Part shown: positions 17,695-29,309 of the stretch, piece after piece | How the letters are laid out: each line of letters begins with the position of its first letter | Numbering within the stretch: position 1 is the stretch's first letter | Sequence record: NC_028894.1 | Length of the DNA stretch: 64,000 bases | Origin: Escherichia phage vB_EcoM_VR20 | Reading direction: 5' to 3' (one strand) | The notes under the pieces: model-generated | The model's database searches: none | What the model was told of the DNA's origin: nothing | The model's input: only the letters and a program-made list of their open reading frames with translations | Position numbers and translations under genes: made by a program

Positions 17695-20600
17695 ATGACT
17701 GTTAAAGCCCCTTCTGTTACTAGCTTGCGGATTGATAAACTATCTGCCAACCAGGTTAGTATTAAATGGGATGATGTAGGCTCCAACTTTTACTATTTTG
17801 TGGAGATTGCACAAATCACAGAAAATGGAGTACGCATCCCAACTAGAGATTTAATTTGGCGCGACCTTGGTTATACCGCAGACAATGAATGGTTCGAGCA
17901 GGAATATATTCGTCCGTTGACAAGTTATCAGATGCGTGTGTCTGTTGCGGCAATGGGCTTCGAACGGTCTGATTGGGAATACACCGAAGAATTTGAAACC
18001 TTTGCAACGAACGCATATACTTTTGAACATATGCGCGAATTTAGTTTGGCCAATAAATTCATTGAAGAAAAATTCACCAATAACAATCAGAGCTATATCA
18101 ACTTTAACAATGATGCTATTATGGCTTCATTGATGTCCGAAGACTTTACATGGACTTCTGCTTATTCTCATTTGTCTTCAATTTCGAACTATGTTTTGCA
18201 AGAAGACCAATATCATGAAATCCAGGGACCGATTCAAGCAGTTTGTGTTGACCAAAACCGTACGATGCTTGCTGAACTTGGTGGTGTGCTTTATCTGTTC
18301 GAACGCTTTCAGCCGATGGTTAAAGTCTCCAATGACAAAGGTCAAAACTGGTATTACATAAGACTCTTTAATGAGCGTATCGGTAACCCTGTGTCAAGGA
18401 CTGTATATTATCAGACTGATACCACAACTTACGTTCTGGGCTATGACCGCATATTCTATGGCCGACAATCAAGCGATATAAGATGGTCTGCGGATGATGT
18501 TCGATTCAGTTCTGAAGACATTACATTTGCTAAAGTCGGTTCGGATATTAACCTTGGATTTGATATTGAAATCTTCGGGAACTATGCAAGACTTCCGGCC
18601 TATATTTCACAAATAGCTGAAGCTATCACGGTTTCGGATGAATTCATTTATGTTGCGGCTCGTGGTCGTGTGTATAAAGCAAAAACCTCTGATGCACCGA
18701 TTGATACAACTCCAGGGTCTCCAACCTTCGGTGAAAAACTATTTGAAACTGGTTACAGTACAATTACGGCGAACCCTAAAGCAGTTTGCTATAAAATGGA
18801 TTCGGTCCAAGGTCATACGTTTGCATTAATTACGGGTGAAGTTAAAGAAGAAAGACAAGACCCAACTAAACCTGAAAACGTTGTTGACTCTCTGGATAAA
18901 GGTGTTTATAAATTAGACCCTGATACTGATACATGGACGAGAGTTTTTGGTAATACAGAAGAAGAACGTCGTCGAATCGAACACGGTTATGCAAGCATGT
19001 CAACTGATGGCATCGAAGTGTTCTTTAGCTCCAGTAACTTCAAATATTCGGTTGAGCCTGATACTGAACTACCTCTTAAATATCCTGATGAAGTTAACGA
19101 AGCAGTCAAATACGTTTACGATGAGCAATGGATACATAATAAGCATTACCTGATGATGAGCTTCAGAGCTGGCGAAGATTCTGGCTTCGAAGAGTTCAAA
19201 CCAGGTCGTATGACTTACTATGCAGAGCCGTTCTTTAACTGGTCAAGACGTGACGATACTCGTTGTTGGATTACGACTTCAGACCGAGCAATGGTCGTCT
19301 ATAACGATATTCTTTATCAGTACATCATCGATACATTTGGTGGAACTTCCCCGGAACGTATCGTGCATGAATATTGGAACAAAGGTCGAGTAACGATTAC
19401 TGCACCTAACATCGAATTCAATGGCTTTAAAAAATATGCGTCCGGGATTATGCTTCATAAAAATACCGGGGAATTAATTGGCTATTTTGAATTTGACTAT
19501 CGCGTGCGTGATGAAGTGCGTATCATCTGGAAGCCAAAAGAAATTATGCTTATGGCTGAACTACAAAATCAGGAACATGATATTCCGTGGACTCCGGAAA
19601 ATGAGAATAAGGAAAAAGACCCTGACTTGCAACCACTGTTAACGAAGATGGTTCCGGATAGTTATCTTTTACAGGATAGTAAATTTGAAAAATTCTGTGA
19701 ATACTATTTGCAGTTCATCAGTGATGGCTCCGGTACATACTATAACAACCTTTTGAATCTTATTCGCAACCAATATCCGCGCGAGGAAGATGCATGGGAA
19801 TACCTCTGGAGCGAAATGTACAAACGTAACATTTACCTCTCCAAGGAAAAACGTGACGAAGCTGTTCGATTCTTCCAGGCCCGACAGTCTGATTTTTGGG
19901 CAACAAAAGGCACAGAAGCGTCTTATAAATTCTTGTTCAAATTGCTGTATAATGAAGATGTTGAAATTGACATCGAATCCAAGAACGGAACCGAGTATGA
20001 TATTGTAGTTGAATCTGATAATATCAGTGAAGACATTGTAGGCCAAACCATTTATACCGCAACTGGTCGCAGTAATGTGACTTATATGGAGCGCGATTAT
20101 AAAGATGGTAAATTAAGATGGCGCATTACTATTCATAACCTCCTGGGACGTTTTATTGTTGGGCAAGAAATTAAATCAGAAAGAACCTCATTCGAGGGGA
20201 TGATTGTACAAGGTGTTCGTGGTAAAGAGTTGTTGAGTAACAACATAGATTATATTAACCGTAATCGCTCTTATTACGTAATGACAATTAAGTCAAACCT
20301 TCCAACCTCCCGTTATCGTAATGACGTTTTGAGATTCGTTCACCCGGTTGGATTTGGATTCATCGGTATCACGTTGCTGACAATGTTTGTTAACGTTGGT
20401 TTGACTCTTAAACACACCGAGACAATCATTAATAAATTAAGTAACTATAGATGGTCTTCTGGTATTCCGTCAGAATGGAATGACCGAGTTGCAGTGATTG
20501 GTGTTGATGGTACTATTGAGAAAAACCCTACCACAGGTGAAGCAATATATAACATCGCTCCTAATGCTGGCCAACCATTCCCGTTACCAGCTGATTATGA

Positions 20601-20790
20601 TGCCGAGAACGATTTCTCTATGTTCTATGGATTGTTACCGTCACAACGTCGTGGAAAATATAGTCCACTGTTTGACCAGTCAGCTGTTACATTCTCGAAC
20701 TGGAGAGCATTAGTTGACCAACGTCTTAAAGATGATATTGGTAATCCAAGAGACCCGGTTAATCCTACACAGGTAAATGTAAATGAATAA
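17695..20790 (+). CDS. 7: gp7, baseplate wedge protein
   Basis: 1031 aa; synteny. Confidence 0.85.
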   Translation: MTVKAPSVTSLRIDKLSANQVSIKWDDVGSNFYYFVEIAQITENGVRIPTRDLIWRDLGYTADNEWFEQEYIRPLTSYQMRVSVAAMGFERSDWEYTEEFETFATNAYTFEHMREFSLANKFIEEKFTNNNQSYINFNNDAIMASLMSEDFTWTSAYSHLSSISNYVLQEDQYHEIQGPIQAVCVDQNRTMLAELGGVLYLFERFQPMVKVSNDKGQNWYYIRLFNERIGNPVSRTVYYQTDTTTYVLGYDRIFYGRQSSDIRWSADDVRFSSEDITFAKVGSDINLGFDIEIFGNYARLPAYISQIAEAITVSDEFIYVAARGRVYKAKTSDAPIDTTPGSPTFGEKLFETGYSTITANPKAVCYKMDSVQGHTFALITGEVKEERQDPTKPENVVDSLDKGVYKLDPDTDTWTRVFGNTEEERRRIEHGYASMSTDGIEVFFSSSNFKYSVEPDTELPLKYPDEVNEAVKYVYDEQWIHNKHYLMMSFRAGEDSGFEEFKPGRMTYYAEPFFNWSRRDDTRCWITTSDRAMVVYNDILYQYIIDTFGGTSPERIVHEYWNKGRVTITAPNIEFNGFKKYASGIMLHKNTGELIGYFEFDYRVRDEVRIIWKPKEIMLMAELQNQEHDIPWTPENENKEKDPDLQPLLTKMVPDSYLLQDSKFEKFCEYYLQFISDGSGTYYNNLLNLIRNQYPREEDAWEYLWSEMYKRNIYLSKEKRDEAVRFFQARQSDFWATKGTEASYKFLFKLLYNEDVEIDIESKNGTEYDIVVESDNISEDIVGQTIYTATGRSNVTYMERDYKDGKLRWRITIHNLLGRFIVGQEIKSERTSFEGMIVQGVRGKELLSNNIDYINRNRSYYVMTIKSNLPTSRYRNDVLRFVHPVGFGFIGITLLTMFVNVGLTLKHTETIINKLSNYRWSSGIPSEWNDRVAVIGVDGTIEKNPTTGEAIYNIAPNAGQPFPLPADYDAENDFSMFYGLLPSQRRGKYSPLFDQSAVTFSNWRALVDQRLKDDIGNPRDPVNPTQVNVNE

Positions 20791-21787
20791 CTCTACAGTA
20801 GTTTACCGTTCGATTGTTACATCAAAATTCAGAACGGAAAAAATGTATAACTTCTACAGCGTCATCGGGGATGGCGCCACTGAAAATACAATGTATGTCA
20901 CGTTCGGTCGTGCAGAACCATGGGCTGCAAACGAGAACGACCCGGGCTTTGCTCCACCTTATCCGGTTGATGATGCCCAAGGTGTTGAAGATGTTTGGAC
21001 TAATATGATGGGCGCGGTCAAGGTATATAAATCCATGCTTGACTGCGTGGTTCCTCGTAAGGATTGGGGTGATGTTCGTTATCCTAACCCGTTGAACTTC
21101 CAGATTGGCGAAATTGTCGTAAGTAATACCGCACCATATAACCGAACTGATGTTGGTAAAGGTTGGATGGTTTATCGTTGTGTGGATGTTCCTGAATCTG
21201 GGACTTGTTCGATTTATTCCATCACTAATAAGCAAGAATGTCTTAAGCTTGGTGGTAAATGGACTTCGGACTATGCTTCCAGCCGTGCACCATCAGGGAC
21301 TGGTGATACTGAAGGACGTGTTGATATGGGTGATGGTTATCTCTGGGAATATCTCTATGAGATTCCACCTGACGTATCCATTAACCGTTGTACAAACGAA
21401 TATATCGTTGTCCCATGGCCAGAAGAAATTGCAGAAGACCCTGAACGTTGGGGATACAAAGATAACCTGACATGGCAGCAAGATGATTATGGTTTAATCT
21501 ATCGTATCAAAGGAAATACAATTCGATTCAAGGCTTTCATGGATTCGATTTATTTCCCTCAGTTCAGTCTTCCAGGTAACAAAGGTTTTAGACAGATTTC
21601 AATTGTCGCTAACCCTCTGGAAATCAAAGCTGCACCTAATGACCCGAATATCAAAGCAACAAAAGAATATTACGATGCTATTGATTTGAGTCGACATTCT
21701 GGTGAAATGATTTACATGGAAAACAGACCACCTGTTTATCGTGCAATGGACCAAACCGAAGAAGTAAATATTATTTTTGAATTCTAA
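20783..21787 (+). CDS. 8: gp8, baseplate wedge protein
   Basis: 334 aa, same as T4 gp8; overlaps the gene 7 stop. Confidence 0.85.
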   Translation: MNNSTVVYRSIVTSKFRTEKMYNFYSVIGDGATENTMYVTFGRAEPWAANENDPGFAPPYPVDDAQGVEDVWTNMMGAVKVYKSMLDCVVPRKDWGDVRYPNPLNFQIGEIVVSNTAPYNRTDVGKGWMVYRCVDVPESGTCSIYSITNKQECLKLGGKWTSDYASSRAPSGTGDTEGRVDMGDGYLWEYLYEIPPDVSINRCTNEYIVVPWPEEIAEDPERWGYKDNLTWQQDDYGLIYRIKGNTIRFKAFMDSIYFPQFSLPGNKGFRQISIVANPLEIKAAPNDPNIKATKEYYDAIDLSRHSGEMIYMENRPPVYRAMDQTEEVNIIFEF

Positions 21788-21790
21788 CTA

Positions 21791-21814
21791 GGGACCTTCG
21801 GGTCCCTTTTTTAT
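21791..21814 (+). terminator. intrinsic terminator after gene 8
   Basis: GGGACC-UUCG-GGUCCC followed by TTTTTTATTTT. Confidence 0.8.
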
Positions 21815-21816
21815 TT

Positions 21817-21824
21817 TATAAATA
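21817..21824 (+). promoter_or_regulatory. late promoter TATAAATA (gene 9)
   Basis: Exact TATAAATA 28 nt upstream of the gene 9 ATG. Confidence 0.7.
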
Positions 21825-21851
21825 TAGCTATATCAATAATGAGGCTTACCT

Positions 21852-22721
21852 ATGATTAATCAAACCCCAAAACTTTTAATAGATGTCGGCGAAATTGGTA
21901 ACGCCAGCACCGGCGATATCTTATATGATGGTGGTCGTAAAATTAACGAAGATTTTAATAACGTCTATAATACCTTTGGTGACCAACGTCTTTATTCAAT
22001 CGATAGTGGCCAGAACTCTCAGGTCTTACATGCTACAGGTTATTATCAAAAAGCAACAAACATAATCGAATGGAACACTCCTGTTGCGCTTGGTTCTCTC
22101 CGTGATGTCGATACCTCCAAGGGTGTTGTTACTGCCAGGATTGCCCGCGGTAAAATGGGTGAAGGTATTATCTTCATTAACTCTAACGGGACTTTATCAC
22201 CAACTCAATCTCTGGAAATCGAACTTCAAGGCACAGATACTTTCGTTTCGGCTCCGACCAACAAAATTCGCTTCACAAGCCCTTATACAAAGATTACTCT
22301 TTGGTGTATCGATGATGCAAACGGCGTTGGCACCTGGGATTATTCAATCGAAAATATGTTTGGTGTAAAACATATTCCTTTAGACCGAACTTATAATATC
22401 GGTCTGAACGCAAGAGATATTCCGATTGCATTGCGCGGTGATTTCAAAACAATGAAACTTTTGTTAACCGCTATATCTACTGATGAAACTAAATACAAAG
22501 CATCAGAGGTCATGCTCTTTGTAGACACTCAAGCTAACCAAGTGTATAGCACAGAATACGGTGTATTGCGTCGTGGTCACGTGGATGACGATGATGAGTT
22601 ATATACCATTAACTTTAAAATAGGCGCTGACAACTTCGTTACGGCGACCGTAAGCGCACCAGTCTCCATGAAGCTCGCCATTAAGGTAGCCGAGACACAA
22701 ACCATTGGGGTAGCAATCTAA
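21852..22721 (+). CDS. 9: gp9, baseplate wedge / long tail fiber socket
   Basis: 289 aa; synteny. Confidence 0.8.
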   Translation: MINQTPKLLIDVGEIGNASTGDILYDGGRKINEDFNNVYNTFGDQRLYSIDSGQNSQVLHATGYYQKATNIIEWNTPVALGSLRDVDTSKGVVTARIARGKMGEGIIFINSNGTLSPTQSLEIELQGTDTFVSAPTNKIRFTSPYTKITLWCIDDANGVGTWDYSIENMFGVKHIPLDRTYNIGLNARDIPIALRGDFKTMKLLLTAISTDETKYKASEVMLFVDTQANQVYSTEYGVLRRGHVDDDDELYTINFKIGADNFVTATVSAPVSMKLAIKVAETQTIGVAI

Positions 22722-24532
22722 TGAAACAAAATTTAAAAATAGGCGTGATGGTCGATGATGGTACCGGCGATTATCTTCGTCTCGGCGGCCAAAAAATTAA
22801 TAACAACTTTGATGACCTTTACTACCAGCTTGGCGATGGAGAAAATCCTCATGCTGCGGGTGCATGGAAAACATGGACCGTGGCCGACGGCACAACTCTG
22901 GAAGCCGTTATGGGTCGTAGTTATGCAGTGAATACCTCAAATGGTATGATTACTGTTAAGCTTCCTAAAGGAACTCCGTCCGAATATAATTACGTTATTC
23001 GTTTGCGTGATGTGTTTGCAACCTGGCAAGTCTCCCCGGTGACGATTGTTCCGGCTGTTGGCGACACAATGAAAGGCTCTCCTGACCCTGTTGTTATCCG
23101 TCGTAACCTGGCAGATATCGAACTGGTTTATTGCTCTCCTGGTCGTTGGGAATACATTGACAACAAACAGATTGACAAGATTTCGAATAATGACGTGGCA
23201 ACTGTTGAGACCCAGCAATTCATCGCGACAGAAGGTCAAACGGACTTCCTGGATGTGTTTAATGGTCGTCCTTATAACATCGCAAGCCTCGAAGTTAAAC
23301 ATCGTGGTAACGACCTGTTTTATGGCAAAGATGATATTTTCGACCCGGTGAATGCTGAATTCGGTTCGCCTGGTGCAGCGCCTGGTGAAATTGTAACCCT
23401 TGACGGTCGCAATATTCGTTTACGTATGCCTTGTGCAGCTGGTGACACGGTTATTGTCAGAACATTCAACGATGGTATTGCTCAGTATCGTAGTTCTTAT
23501 AACCGTCGAGATGTTCAAATCCGTGATTCGAAATTTACTCTTGAAACCCCGGTCGAAGGCTCTTTGGTTGTAGCTGATTTATCCACTAAACACACATTTA
23601 TGGTTACTGAACTTGCGGTATCGCCTAGCAGTCCAATTAACCCGAATGCCTGTGAAGTTTATATTAACAGCATATTACAACACGAAGCAGGAACTGCAAA
23701 CTATCCAGCTTATACCTGCGAAGGTGCTGATGGTGAAACTGCAGAAGAGTGTACAGATAATGGTGGTCAATGGTCTAAATCAAAAGAAGACTATATAACA
23801 GCCTTTGATGAAGACAACCGTATTGAATCTTTTGAGTTTGCTCGCACATTTGAAGATGGTGATATTCTGTCTATCGTTTGGTATAATAACGATATCGGCA
23901 CCACAATGACTCTTGACGAAATTACAGATGAAACAAATAACATCTATGTTTCCCAGGGTCCAGAAGTTTCAATCACCGGCGATATAAGAATTACGGATTA
24001 CGATAATCCGTTTGCTCCTAACCTGGAACCGGTGGACCCGAGCGAAATTAAACCATCTGCTGTTTCTATTCTCTTTAATATGTTCCATCCAATTGGCACA
24101 ATTTACGAGAACACGACTAACCCAAATAACCCTGCAACATATATGGGTATGGGAACATGGAAGCGCCTTGAAGAGCGTGTTTTGATTGGTTGGTCTTCTG
24201 ACCCGGCCTCAAACTTCCATACAAACAATAACGACCTGGATTCTTCTGGTGTTCCACAGGCGACTGCAGGTGGTACCGGGGGTAATGTACAGATTCATAT
24301 TAAATCAAACAATATTCCTAAAATTCGGACCGATGAAAAAGTATTGGTAGCTGATGCAACTGGTCCAATTATTGTTGGTGGTTGTCAGGTTGACCCAGAT
24401 GCTCAAGGTCCTGCTTATACAAACTATCGCGAAGATTATGCGACTATTAACGAAGCTCTTGACCCACTGGCACAGCCAATAGATACGCTTCCTCCATATT
24501 TGATTGTTTACCGTTGGGTAAGGATTGCATAA
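22721..24532 (+). CDS. 10: gp10, baseplate wedge and tail pin
   Basis: 603 aa; synteny. Confidence 0.8.
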   Translation: MKQNLKIGVMVDDGTGDYLRLGGQKINNNFDDLYYQLGDGENPHAAGAWKTWTVADGTTLEAVMGRSYAVNTSNGMITVKLPKGTPSEYNYVIRLRDVFATWQVSPVTIVPAVGDTMKGSPDPVVIRRNLADIELVYCSPGRWEYIDNKQIDKISNNDVATVETQQFIATEGQTDFLDVFNGRPYNIASLEVKHRGNDLFYGKDDIFDPVNAEFGSPGAAPGEIVTLDGRNIRLRMPCAAGDTVIVRTFNDGIAQYRSSYNRRDVQIRDSKFTLETPVEGSLVVADLSTKHTFMVTELAVSPSSPINPNACEVYINSILQHEAGTANYPAYTCEGADGETAEECTDNGGQWSKSKEDYITAFDEDNRIESFEFARTFEDGDILSIVWYNNDIGTTMTLDEITDETNNIYVSQGPEVSITGDIRITDYDNPFAPNLEPVDPSEIKPSAVSILFNMFHPIGTIYENTTNPNNPATYMGMGTWKRLEERVLIGWSSDPASNFHTNNNDLDSSGVPQATAGGTGGNVQIHIKSNNIPKIRTDEKVLVADATGPIIVGGCQVDPDAQGPAYTNYREDYATINEALDPLAQPIDTLPPYLIVYRWVRIA

Positions 24533-25197
24533 TGACTACTTTGACAAATAAAAAGGCGGGTGTAATATCCCGCCATGCTGGTTACCTCCAGTTTGATTAT
24601 ACCACTACCGATTCCACTGCTGTAGCGGGTAACCGCTATATCGGTGGTCCATCTGCTAACCAGACAAATGACGGTGTATTCTATCCGACAGTCCAGAGCG
24701 CAATTGATGATATTGCATTTCGTGCAGAACTTCCTGTCGGGTCGATAATTACTCGTCATGAGAATACCGCTCCTGGGTTTATTAGCCAGTCAGATAAGAT
24801 TAAGTTCACTGGGTCTATTTCTGGCGAAAACCTTGGCGAAACGGTTCTTATTAAAGTATTCGGTTTCCCGGTAGAAGTTATTGTCGGTGACTCGAGCGTG
24901 CTGGTTGCATCGAAAGTCAATGACGTTCTTTTGACTGCAATTTCCCAGGGAATGATTATTTCTGCGACTGCTATCGATGCACTGGACCAGTCTATATTAA
25001 ATATTACATATAACGACTATCAGAATCACATCTTTGCCCCCACGACTCAATATGGTTGTGTTATGGAACAGACTATTGTTCAGCAACCTCGCTCTGGCTA
25101 TGGTCAATGGGAATATCTTGGCGCACAAGATGTAGTATTGCAAGGTGGTTCGGTTAATGGTCCAACATCTCTTTATCACTATAAGCGAGTCTACTAA
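24532..25197 (+). CDS. 11: gp11, baseplate wedge and tail pin
   Basis: ATG at 24532 (TAATG overlap with gene 10; track start 24514 is TTG); 221 aa. Confidence 0.8.
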   Translation: MTTLTNKKAGVISRHAGYLQFDYTTTDSTAVAGNRYIGGPSANQTNDGVFYPTVQSAIDDIAFRAELPVGSIITRHENTAPGFISQSDKIKFTGSISGENLGETVLIKVFGFPVEVIVGDSSVLVASKVNDVLLTAISQGMIISATAIDALDQSILNITYNDYQNHIFAPTTQYGCVMEQTIVQQPRSGYGQWEYLGAQDVVLQGGSVNGPTSLYHYKRVY

Positions 25198-26732
25198 TGA
25201 CAACGACTAACACGCTAAAACATATTAGCGATAAATCCGAATATAAAACATTTGACCCGGCGGGGACTTCATTCCCGCCAGAAGTAACAAACGTTCAAGA
25301 AGCATTAGGGGCTTTGGCTCCTATTGCTATCGATGGATTTATCCCAGAATCAACTGTTACGGTCCCAGGTATTATTCGTCTGGCAACTGAACAAGAAGTT
25401 ATTGATGGTCTCGGTAATAATACCGCAGTAACTCCAGAAACTCTTAAAGCTCGTTTGGCTATTCCAACTCAGGCCACCGAAACATATATTGGTATTACCC
25501 GTTATGCAACCGATGCAGAAGCTATTGCCGGAACTGTTTCGACTGCTGCAATTGTTCCATCAAGCCTCAAGGCTTCTATCGATGATACATTTAATACTCG
25601 TACGTCTACAGAAGACCGCAACGGTGTAATTAAAATTTCAACACAACCGGCTGCACTAGCAGGAACAGACGATACAACAGCTATGACTCCTCTGAAGGTT
25701 TCATTAGCAATCGGTGCAGCAACTGCAGCTCTTCCAACTTATAGCACCGCAACAACCACCGTTCAGGGGATTGTTAAAATTGCAACTCCAGCTGAAGTCC
25801 AACAGGGAACAATGAATGATGGCGTTGCTGTTTCTCCATTGGGCTTGAAACAACTCGTTTCTACTCAGGGTCAAAATGGTCTTATTCGTCTGGCCACTCC
25901 GACCGAAGCCGCTGCAGGCAGTAACTCGAATATTGCATTATCTCCGTCCACTCTTTTATCGAGAACAGGTACAACTGGGCGCCTCGGGGTTGTTAAATTA
26001 ACAACTACTGTTGGTTCTGGTGATGGTAATACAGCTCTTGCGTATAATGCAAATGTCATTTCAACTGGTGGTGGTACGATTAACGGAACTCTTAACGTTA
26101 ACGGAACTTTACGCAGAAATGGTCAGGATGTCGTAACCCGCAACGAACTAAAAGATAGTGTACCAATCGGAACTATTATCATGTGGGGCGGTCAAACTGG
26201 TAATATTCCTTCTGGCTGGGAAATCTGTGATGGTGGCAACGTTGGTGATGCTGGTTTCCGAAATGTCGTTGGTGGTAAATGGGGTGCAACTGGTAACAAA
26301 CCAGATTTTCGTGGCTTATTCCCGCGTGGTTCCAACAGCTCTAACGATGGTGCTATGAAGGAATGGGAAACAAACATTAATATAAGAAACGCCAAGGGAA
26401 ATGATTCCAAACAAAAACCTAAATTGGGTCAAGGTGTTGGTTCATATGGTCACGGTACAGTACAGGCACAACAACTCCGTTTCCACAAGCACGCTGGTGG
26501 TTTTGGTGAACATGATAACGCTGGTGCATTTGGTAACACAGTTCGTTCAAACTATGCAGGCACTCGTAAAGGTTTGGACTGGGATAACCGTTCTTATTTT
26601 ACGAACGAAGGCTATGAAATTGATGGTGCAGGTAACCGTGATTCCCGGACTACATTGAACAGCGAAGGTCTGATAGGTAATGAAAGCCGTCCGTGGTCCA
26701 TGTCCATTCTTTTTATTATTAAGGTCAGATAA
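25197..26732 (+). CDS. 12: gp12, short tail fiber
   Basis: 511 aa with N-terminal imperfect repeats typical of gp12; synteny. Confidence 0.85.
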   Translation: MTTTNTLKHISDKSEYKTFDPAGTSFPPEVTNVQEALGALAPIAIDGFIPESTVTVPGIIRLATEQEVIDGLGNNTAVTPETLKARLAIPTQATETYIGITRYATDAEAIAGTVSTAAIVPSSLKASIDDTFNTRTSTEDRNGVIKISTQPAALAGTDDTTAMTPLKVSLAIGAATAALPTYSTATTTVQGIVKIATPAEVQQGTMNDGVAVSPLGLKQLVSTQGQNGLIRLATPTEAAAGSNSNIALSPSTLLSRTGTTGRLGVVKLTTTVGSGDGNTALAYNANVISTGGGTINGTLNVNGTLRRNGQDVVTRNELKDSVPIGTIIMWGGQTGNIPSGWEICDGGNVGDAGFRNVVGGKWGATGNKPDFRGLFPRGSNSSNDGAMKEWETNINIRNAKGNDSKQKPKLGQGVGSYGHGTVQAQQLRFHKHAGGFGEHDNAGAFGNTVRSNYAGTRKGLDWDNRSYFTNEGYEIDGAGNRDSRTTLNSEGLIGNESRPWSMSILFIIKVR

Positions 26733-26741
26733 GGAATAAAA

Positions 26742-28319
26742 ATGATTAACAAATTAGAATTAGCAAATCTTCCGTTTGTCGATGGTGTGCCAGAAGCTGA
26801 CCAAAAACGAATTGAATGGATTCGCAATGGTGATTGCTTAACTGCAGCCACTACCAAATATGGGCACGATGGTGCCCTTAACGCCGCAGCTTTTGGTGTA
26901 CAGACCAACGTTGAAACTCTGGAAAAGAATGACACGACCACTAAGGACAAAGTAAACGAAATTGTCGATAGTGTTAACCAGATTAAAGAAGCCCTGGATA
27001 TTTCCACTGATGCAAGCGTTATCCAACAGATTGAAACCAACCGTCTTAATATTGTAAGTCTCCAGACGGATTTAGCCGAAACTGATATTGCTTTACTTGA
27101 TACCAGCACAAATCTCGGTGAATTACAGGAAGATGTTGGTTATTATAACCCACTGGAAGATGGACCATATTTGACCGTTCGTGCTAATATTAACCGTATT
27201 AAGCGTGAAATGGGCCATTATGCAAACCAAGATATCAATGGTGACCCATTGCCTGAAGGCGAAACCAATGATGCCACCGGGATGAAACGTATTATCATCG
27301 ATAATAGTACAGCAATTGCAACCACGCAACGTCGTCTTACTATTCTCGAAGAAAATTACAATGATTCTGATGTAGGTGGTCTCACGATTAAATTAAATGA
27401 GATGCGTGAAGAATTAGGTCCGCGTACAGAAGGTATTGGTAAATCTCCCGTTTATACTCGTTTAACTGTGGTTGAAGCTAAAGCTGAAACTAATGAAACT
27501 GATATAGAGAATATCAAAACTGCAATTGGTTACGGTCAAGGTCAAAGTATCGCAAACCGCGTCGGGACTCTGGAAACCAAGGCAACAAATTTAGAAAATA
27601 CCACTTCTGGTATGAATACAAGATTGTCGAAAGTTGAAACAGATATTGGTACTGATGCTGAACCGACTTCCATTAATGGCCGTCTAAAAACGTTGCGTGA
27701 TGACATGACAGGTGTTCGTGTTGTTATCGGGGAAAATACAAGCAGTGGCTTACAGGGACAAGTTGTTGCCCTTAACGTTGCAGTAGGTATTAGTGATAGC
27801 CCGGCACCGACTTCCTTAATTCCTCGTATGCGTGAAGTCGAAACTTCTAGTCGTGCGAACGCTGCAGCTATTCAGGATATTCAAGCCGAAATCGGTAACA
27901 ATCAGTCAGGCATCAAAGGTTCTATCCTGACGATTAAATCACAAATCGATGGGACCAACCCAAACGGTTCGACTGTTGCTGAAAAAGGTATTCTCCCGAC
28001 TGTTGAAGGTCTGGTCAATGAAATGCCGACTAAGCTCAGTGATGCACCATCTGATACGAAGATTTACGGTCGCCAAGACGGTGCTTGGGCCGAAATCGTT
28101 GGCGGTGATATTCCTGCTTTAGTATCACGTGTGGATGGTATCGAATCGCGCACCAGTGGAGCCGAGATACTGATAACCGAACTTGAAGGTAAAGTATCAG
28201 CCTTAGAAACAGAGCTCGCCAAAAGGCCTCCTGTTGCTCCTACGGCTGACGGACTCCCTTATGTGCTCGTTGATAATGCATGGGTTCTTTTGTCAACATT
28301 CGTGACTGTTGGACCATAA
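26742..28319 (+). CDS. wac: fibritin (wac), neck whiskers
   Basis: Long coiled coil ending in a foldon-like C-terminus (YVLVDNAWVLLSTF). Confidence 0.85.
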   Translation: MINKLELANLPFVDGVPEADQKRIEWIRNGDCLTAATTKYGHDGALNAAAFGVQTNVETLEKNDTTTKDKVNEIVDSVNQIKEALDISTDASVIQQIETNRLNIVSLQTDLAETDIALLDTSTNLGELQEDVGYYNPLEDGPYLTVRANINRIKREMGHYANQDINGDPLPEGETNDATGMKRIIIDNSTAIATTQRRLTILEENYNDSDVGGLTIKLNEMREELGPRTEGIGKSPVYTRLTVVEAKAETNETDIENIKTAIGYGQGQSIANRVGTLETKATNLENTTSGMNTRLSKVETDIGTDAEPTSINGRLKTLRDDMTGVRVVIGENTSSGLQGQVVALNVAVGISDSPAPTSLIPRMREVETSSRANAAAIQDIQAEIGNNQSGIKGSILTIKSQIDGTNPNGSTVAEKGILPTVEGLVNEMPTKLSDAPSDTKIYGRQDGAWAEIVGGDIPALVSRVDGIESRTSGAEILITELEGKVSALETELAKRPPVAPTADGLPYVLVDNAWVLLSTFVTVGP

Positions 28320-28324
28320 CAAAA

Positions 28325-28342
28325 GGGCTTCGGCCCTTTTTT
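28325..28342 (+). terminator. intrinsic terminator after wac
   Basis: GGGC-UUCG-GCCC followed by TTTTTT. Confidence 0.75.
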
Positions 28343-28344
28343 CG

Positions 28345-28352
28345 TATAAATA
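28345..28352 (+). promoter_or_regulatory. late promoter TATAAATA (gene 13)
   Basis: Exact TATAAATA 19 nt upstream of the gene 13 ATG. Confidence 0.7.
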
Positions 28353-28370
28353 CAGTAAAGAGGAAAACAT

Positions 28371-29309
28371 ATGGCAACTGAATCATACAACCCAAAACAA
28401 TTAAAAGATGCAATCCTTCGTCGTCTTGGTGCTCCAATCACGAATATCGAAGTCACAACCGAACAGGTTTATGATTGTATCCAGCGCGCATTAGAATTAT
28501 ATGGTGAATATCATTATAATGGATATAACAAAGGTTATCAGGCTTTTTATATTGGTCATGACGAAGTTTCACAACAGAAATTCCGTGACGGTGTTTTCGA
28601 TTTAAAAGGACGTAATATTTTTGCAGTAACGCAGATTATTCGTACTAACGTCGGTTCATTAACTTCGATGGATGGCCAAGCAACATATCCATGGTTCACA
28701 GATTTCGTTCTGGGACTGGCTGGTATTAATGGCGGAATGGGTAGTTCGTGTAATAGTTTTGGTCCAAATGCTTTTGGTGCAGACCTTGGTTATTTTACAC
28801 AGCTTATGCAATATCGTTCGATGATGCAAGACCTGATGGTTCCACTTCCAGATTACTGGTATAATGACGATACTGAACAACTTAAAATTATGGGCAACTT
28901 CCGTCAGGGAGATGTTATTGTAATTGAAGTTTACACCAAATCCTTTAATGGTGTTGATGCAATGGCCAGCAATACGGCAGGTTATGGTTATGCTTCTGGT
29001 GATTGTTCAAATCCATGGAATGCTGGTGCACAGTGGGATAACCCGGCTCGCAGAATAAGCGGTATGAGAGCCGGTGAGGACCTTGGACTTCAAGATGGTG
29101 CATACAACAACCGTTGGGTGAAAGACTATGCCACGGCGCTCGTTAAGGAAGTTAACGGCAACGTATTGGCTAAACACCAGGGAATGATGATGCCAGGTGG
29201 CGTCACAGTTGATGGTGTTCGTTTAATCGAAGAAGCTCGTATGGAAAAAGAACGTCTCCGCGAAGAACTTGACTTGCTGGATGCACCGACTCCTATATTG
29301 GTGGGCTAA
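28371..29309 (+). CDS. 13: gp13, neck protein
   Basis: 312 aa; synteny. Confidence 0.85.
   Translation: MATESYNPKQLKDAILRRLGAPITNIEVTTEQVYDCIQRALELYGEYHYNGYNKGYQAFYIGHDEVSQQKFRDGVFDLKGRNIFAVTQIIRTNVGSLTSMDGQATYPWFTDFVLGLAGINGGMGSSCNSFGPNAFGADLGYFTQLMQYRSMMQDLMVPLPDYWYNDDTEQLKIMGNFRQGDVIVIEVYTKSFNGVDAMASNTAGYGYASGDCSNPWNAGAQWDNPARRISGMRAGEDLGLQDGAYNNRWVKDYATALVKEVNGNVLAKHQGMMMPGGVTVDGVRLIEEARMEKERLREELDLLDAPTPILVG

Noticed and set aside
25197-26732. Internal repeats in the short tail fiber gene as a separate repeat feature
   Set aside because: The imperfect repeats (ATPxEAxxG-like) are the known repetitive N-terminal domain of gp12 and are part of the coding sequence, not an independent element.
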